Assembly (NCBI GenBank): GCA_951406725.2
Contig: OX597830.1
Location: 76,508,001 to 76,572,000 of the forward strand
Direction of reading: 5' to 3'
Length of the DNA: 64,000 bases
Source of the DNA: Octopus vulgaris
Taxonomy: Eukaryota
Part shown: piece after piece, positions 30,540-49,617 of the stretch
Layout of the letters: each line of letters starts with the position of its first letter
How positions within the stretch are numbered: position 1 is the first letter of the stretch
Translations under genes and position numbers: made by a program
Notes under the pieces: generated by a model
Databases searched by the model: none
Seen by the model: only the letters and a program-made list of their open reading frames with translations
Told to the model about the DNA's origin: nothing

Positions 30540-30681
30540 GAATAAATGGATGGATGGATGTTTATATATAGAGAGGGAGAGGGATAGAGAAATAGAGAGA
30601 GAGGGAAAGAGATTGGTAGGTAGTGTGTGGAGGATAAAGATAGGAAAACACAATGAGAGAATGCGAAAGACTTATAGATAT

Positions 30682-30734
<53 letters not shown>

Positions 30735-31136
30735 TACAAAGATACTTTGTGTGAAAGGATGGGTGATAGTGGATAAAGGCTTGTTAAAAATTGCATGGAG
30801 ATGTGTGTAGGGTCGTGACAAGAGCGACGGCGCTAGTTCGCGTAGAGGTGGAAGAGGGTGTGACATTCATTAGAAATATATAAAAAAAAATCCATTTCTC
30901 AGACTCTAGAATTAGTATTGAGGAAGGTAAGGGTTGGTGGTAAGTGGTGGGGTAGGAGTGTAACGGGGAAGGGTAGGTAGTGGTAATAAGGCGATAGGTT
31001 GGACGGGGGCCCACAGGATGAAGGTGGACAGCTCGGAAAATAGAGGAGTGTGGGTAAAAGTATTAAGGAAATTGATATGAGTTATGGAGCTCGGCACGGA
31101 GATATATATGTTGTTAGACAGATAGAAAGACAGGAA

Positions 31137-31302
<166 letters not shown>

Positions 31303-31697
31303 GTATTAAGAAATGGCTAGGCAGATAGATATATGTATTAATGGTCACACACACATAAATATATATGAATACATAAACACACACACATATGATAGAGAGA
31401 GTGGGAGAAGGAGAGAGAGAGAGAGGGAACAAACATAGGGAAGAAGATCCATAGATGTAGCTATGTATGTGTGTGTATGTATATATAGACATATATATGT
31501 ACATCCATCCATATATGCACACACACACACACAAACACACACATATATATATATATATACATAGATACATATACATACACACACACACATATATATATAC
31601 ATACATATACAGTTGTATCGCCAGTTACATGGGCATGCGCATAGACACATATGTGTGGTTAGATAGATAAATAGATACATAGATAGATACATAGGTT

Positions 31698-31816
<119 letters not shown>

Positions 31817-31857
31817 GAGACAGACGGACGGACAGACAGACAGACAGATTGATAGAG

Positions 31858-31937
<80 letters not shown>

Positions 31938-32387
31938 GGATGGATGGATGGATCCTTGTATATAAGCGAGCAGGAGAGAGAAGAAAATAAACTGAGAGAG
32001 AGAGGGAGTGTGTGTGTGTGTGTATGTGTGTGTGTGTATGTGTGTATGTGTGTGAGAGAGAAAAGCGTGAAGAGAAAGTGAACAGAGAACTGGGAGACAG
32101 TGAGAATTAGTAAAACACCGGTTTGTGAAAGAAGCCACATCTCCAGTTGAAGCGGAGCTAAGAAGGAGAGTGTGTGTTGGTTGTTGTATGTTGATTTTAC
32201 TCCTAGGGAGATTACTTGCTATTAACTCATCGGAATACATTTATTTCTATCTATTTTTGTCATACATACCCACACCAAACCACCCCCCTGTTGGGATGGA
32301 CTCTACCAGCAAGGCCAGATTGCACTGAAAGAACAGATAAATTATCACAGACTGTACAGATCGGTGTGGATTGTGTATGTGTGGGTC

Positions 32388-32435
<48 letters not shown>

Positions 32436-32639
32436 GTTTGTGTGGTGTGTACGTGTATGTGTGTCGTGTGTATGCATCTTTGCGTGTCGTGTGTTTGTGT
32501 GTTTGTGCGTGTGTATATATTTGTATGTAGATCATGTGTGTGTGTGGCTTCTCCATGTACGTTTGTGTAGATTTGATGTTGTGTATGTGTGTGTGTTTGT
32601 GTGTGGATTGCATGCGTCCACTGTTGCGCGCGCGGTGGT

Positions 32640-33200
32640 GTGACAATGGAAGTATGGCTCTTTGTGTGTGTGTATGAGTGTTTGTAGCATATATGTATGT
32701 GTGTATGTGTGTTTGTAGCATATATGTATGTGTATGTGTGTGTATGTGTGCATGCGTGTGTGCGTGCATGGGTTTGTATGCCAATTGGAGTATGGCTCTT
32801 TGTGTGTGCCTGTGTATGTGTGTGTAAATGTATATGTGTGTATATGTATGTGTGCATGTTCGCATGCCTATGTGTGTGTATGTGTTTGTGTGTGTGCATG
32901 TGTATGTGACAATGGGTATATGACTCTGTGTGTGTATTTGTGTTTGTATGTATATGTATGTGTGTATGTGTGTATGCGTGTGAATGTGTGTATGTGTATG
33001 TATGTGCATGTGTATGTGTGTATGCCAACTGCAGTATGGCTCTTTGTGTGTGCGTGTAAATGTGTGTGTATGTTTGTATGCAAATGTATATGTGTGTGTA
33101 TGCATGCGTGTGCATGTACGCATGCCTAGGTGTGTGTATGTGTACGTGTCTGTAAATGTGTATGTGATAATGGGAATATGGCTCTTTGTGTGTGTGAGTG
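32640..33200. repeat. TG/TA-rich minisatellite with alternating anchors (~260-bp higher-order period)
   Basis: tatg(g/a)ctct(t/g)tgtgtg recurs five times; two alternating upstream motifs. Confidence 0.75.
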
Positions 33201-33471
33201 TGTGTGTGTTTGTATGTATATTTGTATGTGTGAGTATGTGTGTATGTATGTGTATGTGTATGCATGTGTGTATGTCGATTGTGTGCGTTTGCATTGATTG
33301 TGAATTGGGTATTTGTGGATCATGCGCGTTGCGTGTTTTGTAGATTGCAATTGCGTATTGTCGTGCATGTTTTGATGCCTCAGTTGGTGCACATGTAAAT
33401 ATATACTTGTACATATGTATGTGCGTATTTATGTGTAGATATATATATGCGTATATGTGTGCGTATGTATA

Positions 33472-33713
33472 CTCTCTTTACTCTTTTACTTGTTTCAGTC
33501 ATTTGAGGGTGGCCGTGCTGGAGCACCGCATTTAGTCGAGCAAATCGACCCCAGGACTTTATTATTTTGTAAGCTTACTACTTATTCTATCGGTTCTCTT
33601 TTGCCGAACCGCTAGTATACGGAAACGTAAACAGACCAGCATCGGTTGTCAACCGATTTGGGGTAGGGGGCAAACACAGACACACGAACATACACACACA
33701 CACAACACAACAC

Positions 33714-33802
<89 letters not shown>

Positions 33803-33952
33803 CAACTGGCTTCTTTCAGTTTCTGTTTACCAAATCCACTCACAAGGCTTTGATCGACTAGAGGCTGTAGTAGAAGACACTTGACCGTGGGACTGAACCC
33901 GGAACCATGTGGTTGATGAGCAAGCTTCTTACCACACAGCCATTCCTAAGCC
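33472..33952 (-). mobile_element. SINE B copy
   Basis: Same two halves as 29822-30222. Confidence 0.88.
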
Positions 33953-34336
33953 TATATGTGTATTTATACATATGTGTGTGTGTGTGTATGTATCTATGTG
34001 TGTGTGCGTATGTATATATATATATATATATATATATTATAAAATATAATTGCCAACTAAATTTGGCGGTCCCATAGGGGGCCATGCTACTGTTGTTTTT
34101 AGCCCCAGGAGGAATCTCCTCCAGCTGTCTAACACTGTGATCGATTATTATTTGCGAGGGAAAATCATCGTTCCCATCTCTTCGCCTTACGTGATACTCA
34201 CAGACCCAGATTTCTAAATAATAACCCGTCATAGGTGTGTGAATATCACGTTTTCGGGATGGAAAGTCATCCCACCCGCAAAAGTATGTGTATACATGTA
34301 TGTAAATAAATGTGATTGTTTGTGTTTGTGTGTGTA

Positions 34337-34378
<42 letters not shown>

Positions 34379-34394
34379 CCTGTGTATTTAATTT

Positions 34395-34715
34395 TGGAGG
34401 AGCGTGGCTTAGTGGTATAATGCTCCTGACAGTAAAGTTGTGGTTTTGATTCCTAGGCCGGGTGACGCGTTGTGTCCTTAAGCAAGACACTTTATTTCAC
34501 GTTGTTTCAGTCAACGCAAGTGAGAAAAACGGATTGTACCTGTATTTCAAAGGGCCAGCTTTGTTACATTCAATGTCACGCTGAATCCCCTTCAGTATTA
34601 AGGTAGGCATGTGTATATGGAGTGTCCAGCTACTTGCACGTTAATTTCATAAGCAGACTGTTTCAGTGATAGGATCAAACTGGCACCACCATCGTCGTAA
34701 CCGACGGAGTGCCGA
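34395..34715 (+). mobile_element. SINE family C (tRNA head, CORE-like motif), near full length
   Basis: gtggcttagtggta..ttgattcc..tgtgtccttaagcaagacacttt..aaccgacggagtgcc. Confidence 0.7.
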
Positions 34716-34927
34716 TTATTTCACGATGGTCCAGTTCACTCACCTGAGAAAAAACAAAACAAAACAAAAAGAAAGCAAAAAAAAACAAAAGGTGGAGCAT
34801 TGTGATGCATCGGCATCCCGTCTAGGGGTAATGGAATATATATTTCATAGAATCCGGGAAGCCGGATTTATGGAACTATAGTTCGAGATTGACCTTTGAC
34901 TGTCATTTAATATTATTTTTTTTTTTT

Positions 34928-35398
<471 letters not shown>

Positions 35399-35905
35399 AA
35401 AATATTCAAGAATGAAAGAAAATCTAAGTAGATATGCTTGTCTATGTATGGATACATGTGCGCACACCCAGTCCCATGTTACTCACATACCACGCAGTAA
35501 TATGGCCCAAGTGTTAAATAGGCTATGCTACAATGATCAGGTTCTGGGTTCGATACAACTGCTTCGGAATTTCAGCAAGAAAATTATACCCTGGGATCGA
35601 CTCAGAAACTGTATAGGAATCTATCCTTCTATCATTCACAGTTTTATCCTTGTTAAAGAATACAGGTTGTTTCGGGATGAGAATTAGGTAAATGTTGCCC
35701 GTATCTATGCAACACTCAAGCACATTTATCTGAGTGTAGAGTGTAGGTAATACAGTTGAAGCTAACAGCAGAATAGTAAATGTCATTGAGTATCTGTAAT
35801 ATATATTAAATTGTATTATATATATATATACACATACACATACACACAACAGTATGTGAGTATGTGTGTCTGTCTATGTATGTGTGTGTTTGTATATATA
35901 TATGT

Positions 35906-35977
35906 AATCAAAATAAGCAACAAGGATATCCAGGAGTAATGCATTACCTCTGGATATCCCTGTTGCTTATTTTGATT
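35906..35977. repeat. 72-nt hairpin at the edge of a (TA)n-flanked insert
   Basis: aatcaaaataagcaaca.ggatatccag / ctggatatcc.tgttgcttattttgatt. Confidence 0.85.
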
Positions 35978-36182
35978 TTAATCATCTTACTTCGAAATTG
36001 TATGGATAATATCGTACTAAATTCTGGTGCCTCAACTTAAGTACCATATTCATCTGAATCTAAATCATTACTTATATATATATATATATATATATATTTA
36101 CATATATTAGAAATATATATATGTGTGTCTGTCCGTATGTATGTACATATGTACGTATGTATGTATGTACATATCTATCTAT

Positions 36183-36287
<105 letters not shown>

Positions 36288-36553
36288 TACGGACAGATGC
36301 TCCTAAACTAGTTATTAAGTATTCCACCCGTGAGGGATCGATTCTAGATGAGTCGAAACAATTGTAGTGATTAATAAACTCGTATCTTCCATCTTCCGAC
36401 TCTGTCATTAATCATATAGGTGTGTATGTCTGTGTGCATGTGCGTGAGCGTGCTTCAGTCATCTTTAAAGAGATGGTACAGTCTGATAAGCATTGTTGAT
36501 ATTTTCCAAGAATTACGAACCACTGTTCTTAATGAACCCCTTCGTTTCTTCAC

Positions 36554-36629
<76 letters not shown>

Positions 36630-37116
36630 CTCTGTCTGTGGTTATTTTCGTTTTGTACCAACATATCTATTCATACAATGGACGAGTACATTTCTCTATA
36701 CACCGTATACGGATATCCACACACGTGCATGTCGCTACCATTCAACCTTCCTCCGTTTATATTTGTGTGTGTGTGTATGTGTGGATTTATATGTATCTAT
36801 ATGTATATAAATATGTATATAGATATATAAGGTCAGGCGTGGGTCATGCCATGTGTGGAGGCGGTCAGAGTGTCTGTCGTTTAGACAACATAATTTCCCG
36901 CCATAATCAGCTGAAGGATGAAAAATGCTTCCAAAATATTTCCAAATATTTCTCCGATGAAACTGCTAAGATTAATGTATTTTCAGGAAGCCGAATGCCA
37001 AACACTGAAATTTTTATTTTCTTTTTAAAATTAATATATATTTTTTTCTTGAGGGACAAGCCTTATAATTAACTGAAACAGAGTCGTAGTGTATGGTTAC
37101 TGGTATTTTAGTGTTG

Positions 37117-37187
<71 letters not shown>

Positions 37188-37554
37188 AGTAGTAGTAGGA
37201 GTAGTAGTAGGAGTAGTAGTAGTAGTAGTTGTTATTGTCCTTTTTCTTGTTGTTGTTGTTGTACAGCGTTCTCTGGTGAAACCTTATAAAGTAGATGTAA
37301 GATGAATGTAGTTTTGTGACAATCTCGAGTTACTTTATATTGTTGTTTGTTTTTTATTATTTATAAAGAATACTATTACTAAATGTCTTTTTAATCTTTT
37401 AAGACACTACAGTGAGATTTTGACGTGGATTTGGCTGCTATTTCTGGCAACGTGCAAGGCCTTTTAAAAGAGTCTTCATCATTCGCTCGTAGCGGTACCT
37501 TAACTGATTTGCGTGTATGTGTGTTTGTATGTGTGTGTGTCTTTTATCTTTTAT

Positions 37555-37761
37555 CTTTCCCTTGTTTCAGTCATTTGACTGCAGCCATGCTGAAGCACCG
37601 CCTTTAATCGAATCCGATCGACCCCAGGACTTATTCTTTGTAAGTCTAGTACTTATTTCATCGGTCGCTTTTGCCGAACCGCTAAGTTACGGGGGATGTA
37701 AACACACCAGTATCGGTTGTCAAGCGATGTTGGGGGGACAAACATAGACATACACACACAA

Positions 37762-37829
<68 letters not shown>

Positions 37830-38059
37830 TTAAGGCGGCGAGCTGGCAGAAACGTTAGCGCGCCGGGCGAAATGCTTAGCGGTATTTCGTCTGCCGCTAC
37901 GTTCTGAGTTCAAATTCCGCCGAGGTCAACTTTGCCTTTCATCCTTTCGGGGTAGATAAATAAAGTACCAGTTACGCACTGGGATCGATGTGATCGACTT
38001 AATACCTATGTCTGTCCTTGTTTGTCCCCTCTATGTTTAGCCCCTTGTGGGTAGTAAAG

Positions 38060-38106
<47 letters not shown>

Positions 38107-38272
38107 TACGACGGGCTTCTTTCAGTTTCCGTCTTCCAAATCCACTCACAAGGCTTTGGTCGGGCCGAGCCTACATTAGAAGACACTTGCCCAAGGTGCC
38201 ACGCAGTGGGACTGAACCCGGAACCATGTGGTTGGTAAGCAAGCTACTTACCACAAAGCCACTCCTACGCCT
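37555..38272 (-). mobile_element. SINE B with a full SINE A (+, 37832-38063) nested in its internal microsatellite
   Basis: B 3' half 37555-37760, A copy, B 5' half 38108-38272. Confidence 0.88.
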
Positions 38273-38548
38273 AGCTACTTACCGCACAGCGACTCCTGTG
38301 CTTCTGTATGGGCATGTGTATGAGGGTGTGCGCGAGCGTGCGCGTGCGTTCATATTGATATCGAGTCTGGAATGAGACAATTGGGCGTTGTTGCTTGGAT
38401 GCAGACGATTTGGCACGACTGGCTGGATATTCAGCTCATTTTGGCGACAGTAATTTTTGGCACTCGAGGCAAACACACACACACACCTACAAACACGCAC
38501 AACGTGCATGCGCATGCACGCAGTAATATAATCACATACATACACATA

Positions 38549-38768
38549 CAGTAATCCCTCGACTATTGCGGGTGATACGTTCCAAAACCTCCCAGAGAAA
38601 TAATTAAAATCTAAAGTAATATAAATGCCTATCGGCCGTAAAAGCCCTGTTATACTGAAGAGACTGTGATATAGATTTACATACATTAGCCACAAAAATC
38701 TGTGATGCACTGAATGCGCCATAGGTGAGTGCGAAATATGTGAACTGCGATATGGCGAGGGATTATTG
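38549..38768. mobile_element. Tigger/pogo-like MITE
   Basis: TA|cagtaatccctcg ... cgagggattattg|TA. Confidence 0.8.
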
Positions 38769-39479
38769 TACATAAAGTGATAGTGAAAGTAATTACCTAT
38801 ATATACAACCATAGTAGCTAGACGCTCACACACATTGAGAGAAACAGAGTGAGGGAGGGAGAGGGAGAGAGAGAGAGAGAGAGCTAAAATAAGACAGAGA
38901 AAGGAAAAAATTGAGAGGAATAAAGACAGAGACTGTTGTTGTTGTTGCTCTTGTTGTTGTTGTCGTCATCATCATCGTCGTCGTCATCATCATCATCATC
39001 ATCATTATTGAGTGAGAGAGCAGTGCTGGCCATCAAAGTGACACTGGGGTCAAATACGAAGCCCAGTATACCCACCATGACTACCCGTCTGATAAAGTTA
39101 CACTAGGCACATGCATCACAACCAAATACGCGCGACATGGTGATCTCATATCAAGATAAACAGTACATGACCTTGCAGGTGGGGGCCCAGTTAGAATTTT
39201 CTTCTGATCGAGTAGCTCATCCTGCTCAAAAGGTCCCTCAATAAGGGTTGTTTAAGGATGTTGAACGAAACACTCATGTTTCCAGAGGTGAATTACTCAA
39301 ACCCCAAAGAATTCATCTCAACACATGACTGCGATGCTCCCCCACTACTTCTGCTCGTGATCAGAGATGCACATATCGTGAGCCACTAAGGGACATGGTC
39401 AACTGGTTAAGGTCAAACAACTGAGAAGCAAATCTGTGGTATTGAGCAGAATATTTGCTGTAGGCCATCTTTTATACCA

Positions 39480-39577
<98 letters not shown>

Positions 39578-39591
39578 TATTATTATTGTTA

Positions 39592-41370
39592 CAATCACTT
39601 GCCGAGACACACCCGCCGTCCTACGGCGAGTGAAGGATAAGAGATGCTACAGTATGAATGAAAACTTAGGGAGGGGAAACGGCAGAGGCAGTAGCAAAAC
39701 ACCTCCATGTAATACAACACAGACATTTAAATGGATAAGGTTTTTCTAAGGATGCGAGCTATACTTGTTAGCACAATCTTCTGGATTTCTCTGAGACATG
39801 GTTCTCCTGAGATATTATCTAGATGTTTTTGACATCCCTTTCTTATCACACCTGGGGCATCAACAATAGCAGGAACAGTTCTCACTTTAAGATGCCTCAT
39901 CTTTTGTATCTTAATTAGTCTAGAGGTATTTTCTATTCGCCTACAAGTATTTTTCCTCGTCTTTAATCACTATGTCTGGTCGATTAGCCTGAGTCCTTCA
40001 GTCGCTGTTCCCAGCGGATAGTGACATTTTTACCTTCAGCGGCCGGCTCAGGATGCAAGAGTACTGTCTTTGTGATGTTTACATATTTTCCGATGTAAAA
40101 ACTGTCCTACCCTATCGTGGCGATTTTCATATTCCCGTTACATCCTGTGACGAGATAGTCTATTGTATTTTCAAATGTATTACAGAATCTGCATTCAGGG
40201 TCAGACCCGTTTTGAAGAACGTTAACCGCATAGGTTTTTTTGTAAGCAAGCTTTGGTCTTGTGCCACAATATGAAACCTTTCCTATTATTATTTTATTGT
40301 CTATGCACAACTTCTAAAGATGGAGATGTACTAGGTTTTAGCTGTTCACTACCAGTGAACTAATATAATGACCCTTATTTTTCGAGCACCATCCGGAGTG
40401 TTTGAGCGGTTCCAAGCAGTGCCGTTTTTTGCAAGTGATCCACCCTTATCGCAACCCCCATGTGTTCCATGTTTCATGTGTTCCAAAATTTTTACTCACT
40501 GTTCCCAGAGCTCCAACAATTATTGGTTTCTACTAGCACTTTTTTCATCGACAACAATTGCTTAAAATCCCAAGCTAACTTGTCATATCAATCGAATTTC
40601 CTTTCTTCCTTATTGCATACCTTGTTGTCAGTGGGGCATGCTATATCTATGATCCAGCATCATTTGCTTTCTTTCATAATTACTACTATGTATGGTTTCC
40701 TATTCTCTATCTAGTGGTCGCACTGAATCATAAAATCCCATAGGATCTTTGCATTATCATTTTCGATGATGCCTTCGGGTTTATATTCGTACCACCAAAT
40801 GTTTTGCTCTGTCTAGTCCAAACTTATTGGAAAGTGCCCAATGAACAATCCTTGCTATATTGTCATGACATCTCTTATATTCTTCCTGGGCTAGTGGCGT
40901 ACATTGACTGTTAATATGCCATCCAGTATCACCATTTTGTCCACAAATTCTCCACTTATCACTTTCTGATGTGTTATCTATTCTGTATTTGATGTAAGTG
41001 GTTCTTAATGCTTGCTCTTGGGCAGCACAGATTAGAGCTTCTGTTTCCGATTTTAAATCACTTTTAGTCAACCATAGCCATCTTTTTTTTCTCTATCTGT
41101 CTGACGTATCTTAAACATCCCTATGAAATTTTCCATGCATTCTTTTATTTATCCACCTATTTTCACTTTCATTCGTTCTCAAGTTCTTGTACATTATATT
41201 TTCAATCTTCAATCCTACACAAGCATGACCTTCTTACTTCCAATAATAGTGGTTCTATGGAGTTTTTTTTTTTTTTTTACATACCATGCAATGTTGTTTT
41301 CTTCTGCTCTAATGGAGTGATCGCATCCAATCATCGCATCCAATCAGTCCTCTTCCCCTTATAGTGAATG
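39592..41370 (-). pseudogene. Two decayed R4/Dong-like LINE fragments
   Basis: ETEALICAAQEQALRT..RICGQ..H..SQC..LAQEEYKRCHDNIA; RPDIVIKD; IQKIVLTSIARILRK; 3' end abuts (TAA)n. Confidence 0.8.
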
Positions 41371-41586
41371 TATAATGAAATGTGGAAATTGACGATTTAA
41401 AGTCTGTTATCAGCATATTGGCATAGAAATAATTTTTCTTTTGCCATTGTTTATAAGTTGTTTATAATTTTAACCTTTAAAGGTATTTTAATATGTTGCC
41501 ACTTTTGATGAAATTTTTTTCTGAAAAAATGTTTATCCTATATTAGTAGTATGTCTTATGTATGTATACATAGATATATACGGAGT

Positions 41587-41668
<82 letters not shown>

Positions 41669-41778
41669 AGGACAGAGAGAGAAAGCGAGAGAGAGAGACA
41701 GAGACAGAGACAAACAGACAGACAGACAAAGAGAAAAACAGACAAACAGACAAAACGGCAGATTAGTATATAGTATAT

Positions 41779-42190
41779 AGGCGCAGAAGTGGCTGTGTGG
41801 TAAGTAACCTGCTTACCAACCACACGGTTCCGGGTTCAGTCCCACTGTGTGGCACCTTGGGAAAGTATCTTCTACTATAGCTCGGGCCGACCAAAGCCTT
41901 GTGAGTGGATTTGGTAGACGGAAACTGAAAGAAGCCTGTCGTATATATGTATATATGTATATATATGTGTGTGTGTGTTTGTGTGTCTGTTTGTGCCCCC
42001 CCCCCCCAACATTGCTTGACAACCGATACTGGTATGTTTACGTCCCCGTTACTTAGCAGTTCGGCAAAAGAGACCGATAGAATAAGTAAGTACTAGGCTT
42101 ACAAAGAATAAGTCCTGGGGTCGATTTGCTCGACTAAAAGGCGGTGCTCCAGCATGACCGCAGTCAAATGACTGAAACAAGTAAAAAAGA
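41779..42190 (+). mobile_element. Full-length SINE B
   Basis: Near-consensus head and tail. Confidence 0.9.
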
Positions 42191-43099
42191 GAAAAAAAAG
42201 AGAAAAAGAGTGAACAACGTTTCATAAATGACCTCGATGGAATTCAAATAAAAAATTAGTGCTCCCTAGTCACTTTACCATCTACTTGTCACAAGTAAAC
42301 ATACACACAGACGCAAACACATACTCACATGCACACTTACACACGTTCACACACACACACACGCACAATCACACACTTACACACACATATATTCATATAC
42401 CCACGCACATGCAGTCTGCTAGTAATTGATAACATCAGCGTTCTCTATCGCGCCCAGTTTTATTGCTCTTTACATGTCGGAAAATAGATATATCAATTTT
42501 CAAATCTAAATTGGGCTCATTAATTAATTTAACTAAGAATATTAGTATTTAACCCCAATTCTGCTCTGACTCAGTAAACCTGTGTGTGAACAAAAAGTGA
42601 CCCAAATGTGACCTGCTTAGTATATCATGGACTACAATATCCTATGTGTCCGGGAAATCTTAAGAAAAATAAATGAATTCTGAAAATAGACAAAGACTGC
42701 ATGAAGCCTGCCCGATAGAGTGTATCTGCAATTTGAATTGTATTGTCATTTCAAAATGTGTCACACTGAATCTGCATTAGTTTTAGTTGAAGGTTCTCAT
42801 GTCTGTGGAATACTCAACCACCAGACACTAACACCTTAAGTCAATGAGTAAGCAATTCAGTAAATCGAACAACTGAATCCACGTCGTCGAAGCAGACTGA
42901 GATCCCGATCTATATAACATGAATGATATTTAGGGATTAGATGTTGGTACCACTGGTTGTGCTCCGTGCTGAATCCACATAATACACCCATTTTCAGATC
43001 TCATATTTACTTTTTCCAGTGTATTTTAATAGATTTGATCGGAAAGTGTATCCAGGTTATCTAATCAAACAATAAAATCCGTATTATTTTATAGGAAAT

Positions 43100-43760
43100 T
43101 AAGGCTGCGGGATGGCGGAATCCGAATAAATTGCTTAGCAGCATTTTGTCCGTTTTTACTTTTGAGTTCAGTTTCCCCTTAAGTTGACTTTCTTTTCATC
43201 TTTTCGGGGTCGATGAAATAAGTAACAGTTGACTACTGAGGTCAATGTAATTGACTGGCATTCTCCACACAAATTTCAGGCCTTCTGCTTATGGTAGAAA
43301 GGGTTATTATATAGGAAATGTAGACGGCGGGGTGGCTCACTGGCCAAACTGTTTAGCAGTATTTCGTCCTTCTTTACGTTCCAAGTTCAAAATCCGCTGA
43401 GGTCGACTTTGCTAATCAACTTATCGGGATCGTTAAAATAAGTATCTATCAAGAGCTGTGATGAATGTAATTGGGTAGCCCTCTCTCACAAAATTTCAGG
43501 TCTTGTGCCTATAGCAGGGACCATATCATTGAAATTTGACCGCCTGTTGTAAGGTTTCAGGAATGTGGCTAGCTGGCAGAATCTTTGGCAAGTTTATCAA
43601 AATACTTACCGCATTTTTCCGGGCTCTTTACGTTCTGAGTTCAAATCGCACCAAGGTAAATTTTGGTTTTCATTCCTTTGGGGGTCATCAAAATAAAGTG
43701 ACAATAAAATACTGGTATTGATGTAATCGACTTGTCCCCTCAAAATTCCTTGCCTTGAAC
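43100..43760 (+). mobile_element. Three tandem old SINE A-related copies
   Basis: Repeated gagttca..g(t/g)t(c/t)gacttt..ggg(g/a)tcg..aaataag..tgtaat(t/c)g..aaatttcagg. Confidence 0.65.
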
Positions 43761-44946
43761 CAGGCAGTGGACCGGCGTTCCTTTCAGGAAGAATGTTGTG
43801 ATATTGGTTACTTATACACTAGGGAAACCTGGCAACCGGTCTTATGAATCCTAGAGCACAAGAAACAACGGAAAGATTTCAGGACTGAAATATCATAATT
43901 CGTCCTATATGCCCAAGTCATCTGGATAATATAGGGTCTATCTTGAGCCTATTAACCCACTTTCCTTGGTATATAAGTGAGTGAGGTCACAACACTTCTC
44001 GCTGAATGGGACGCTGGTCTGTCACAGGGTTAACTTCTCAGTTGTAGCTGGAGCTCGTTTAGAGCTTAGCGGACAGGAGCAATGTGAGATGAAGTGTTTT
44101 GTTCAAGAGCACAAGATATTGCACGCTGATGGTGCACTCATTAGCGTTGTAAGTATAATATGAATTTTCCCGCAGGCACTAAAAACGACCATAGATGAAG
44201 TAATCCAAGATGATTCAAATGGGATGGTCACCATTCTAATACCTTTGATATTTAGCGTGCTTGATGAGTCAGTGTAGAGACATATGTGAATGACTGATCA
44301 GCTAGAACTAGCAGCTAAATCGCTCACAAACCCTACTCTATAGTCTTTAATTTGGAAATACAAATTAGTTAATATTTGGATGAGATGGAACGAAGAAGCA
44401 CACGCAAGAATATCTTGCATTTTGGATTAGCTTGATCATATCTGACTTGAAGTTAAAGAACGACAACACAGCTTCTCGCAGATCACACCACCAGCGAGAA
44501 ATAGCAACCATATCTCACTCAAATTACATTAGTATCATATCGGTAACAAGAAGAAGGCATCAAATAACGCAATCTTATATAAACAAGATTTGTTGGTTCA
44601 ATAAGACCGATTTTTTTCTTAGACTTACTTAACTAACATTTTACCATGTCTAAACATCACGGGGTAGCCTCCACGTGGTTTCTGAACTAACAGAAATGAC
44701 AGCCAAACTCCTTCAAATCATAACGATACTATATAAAATGGAAGAGAATTACCACCACCAACAGCCATTACCACCACTAATAGCAACAACAACAACAATA
44801 ACTACAACTATAGCATCAATTGTAAAATACTTAATATAATGCGACGCTCGTCTCAACTAAACCCGAACAAGTGATTGTTAATTGCTGTTGAACGTAATTA
44901 TTCACACGCCAATAGACACACACACACACACACACACATACACACA

Positions 44947-44996
<50 letters not shown>

Positions 44997-45157
44997 CACA
45001 CAGACACACACCTACACATTCATGTATGTATACAACAATAGCAACAACGACAATAAAATAAGTAGTGCGGGGCTCACCCCGCTGAAGCCCAAATCAGTGA
45101 CTGTTAATTGCTATGAACCGTAATTAAGTATATAATATGTATACACGTACACATACG

Positions 45158-45195
<38 letters not shown>

Positions 45196-45521
45196 TACAA
45201 TGAAAAATAGTACAATATAACGAACACAAAAATGGCAACAAAAATTAAATATGAAAACAAAAGAAAGCAATTTGAAAAGAAACAGACATCTTCCAAAGCA
45301 TCGAGTATCCGGTTTCAAATTGGACGGGTATCATTAATAAACTCCCGATACATCATACAGCCACCTACCTACCCGTCTTCATTCTTGTGCGGCTGCCAGC
45401 ACCACCATAGTTTTTATAAGATAGGTTAAATTTCAGTTTCGACCCTCATTTACACTAATTATAAATCAATCAACCGTCATTTATCTATGTCAATATGTAT
45501 GTATGTATGCATGTGCATACA

Positions 45522-45574
<53 letters not shown>

Positions 45575-45891
45575 CCATATACGCACAAACACACTCAAGC
45601 ACTCCCACACACCCATACACATATACATATGGAAATGCATATATATGTATTTGTATGTATGTACACAAATACACACACACATATATACATAGGTATGTAT
45701 GTACATACATACATACATATATATACGTATATGTAGATATATATATCATATATATATGTGTGTATGTATGTATATATATATATACATATGTATGTGTATA
45801 TATATATATATACAGATACACACATATATATTATATACATATATAGACACACATATATATACACACACACACATATATATATACATACACT

Positions 45892-45922
<31 letters not shown>

Positions 45923-46514
45923 AACCGCTCAACCACTCGCATATGCACTCACACACACGCATACATATACTCTGAAGCACTCTCACACATACACTCACAC
46001 GTGTACATGTGTCGTAATTACCCAGTTAGTATTTAGAAATTTAAACGGAACTCCATTTGCAACGTAAACAATCAACATTTTAAAGATGTGCTTCAATAGT
46101 TCGTGGCTTCTTAAATGGTGGACACTTAAGGTTTTTATTGATTAGATATGGTGGCTAATGTGAGGCGTCCGCTAAACTTGACCTTGAATGCAATACATGT
46201 ACGAGTGCGTGTGAGTGTGTGTGTGTGTGTTGAACTTAGTGAAGGTGATGTGCTAGCTGATATATTTAAACTCTTGTGGACATCATGTGTAGTTGTTTGT
46301 TTGTAACTTTATGTGCGTGTTGCTGTGTGGGGTTGTGTGTGTGTGTGTATGTGTGTGATACCCTCTCGCACATGTTCATACAGGAAGCAGGAAAATTAAC
46401 GAGAATTTTTACAATTTAAACAGTCGACTAATTTATCAACGATATCATATTTCCCATGTGAACGTTATCACATTATAATAGATGAAAACATTAATACAAT
46501 TATTACGGACACAT

Positions 46515-46615
<101 letters not shown>

Positions 46616-46619
46616 TTAT

Positions 46620-47442
<823 letters not shown>

Positions 47443-47464
47443 ATTATCTTTACTTCTTTTTCAT

Positions 47465-49615
<2,151 letters not shown>

Positions 49616-49617
49616 TT

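Noticed and set aside
32260-33414. 384-aa His/Thr-rich ORF and similar long ORFs (e.g. 670-1161, 15707-16423, 21302-21877, 59234-59773)
   Set aside because: Translations of stop-free microsatellites; no domain and no splice support
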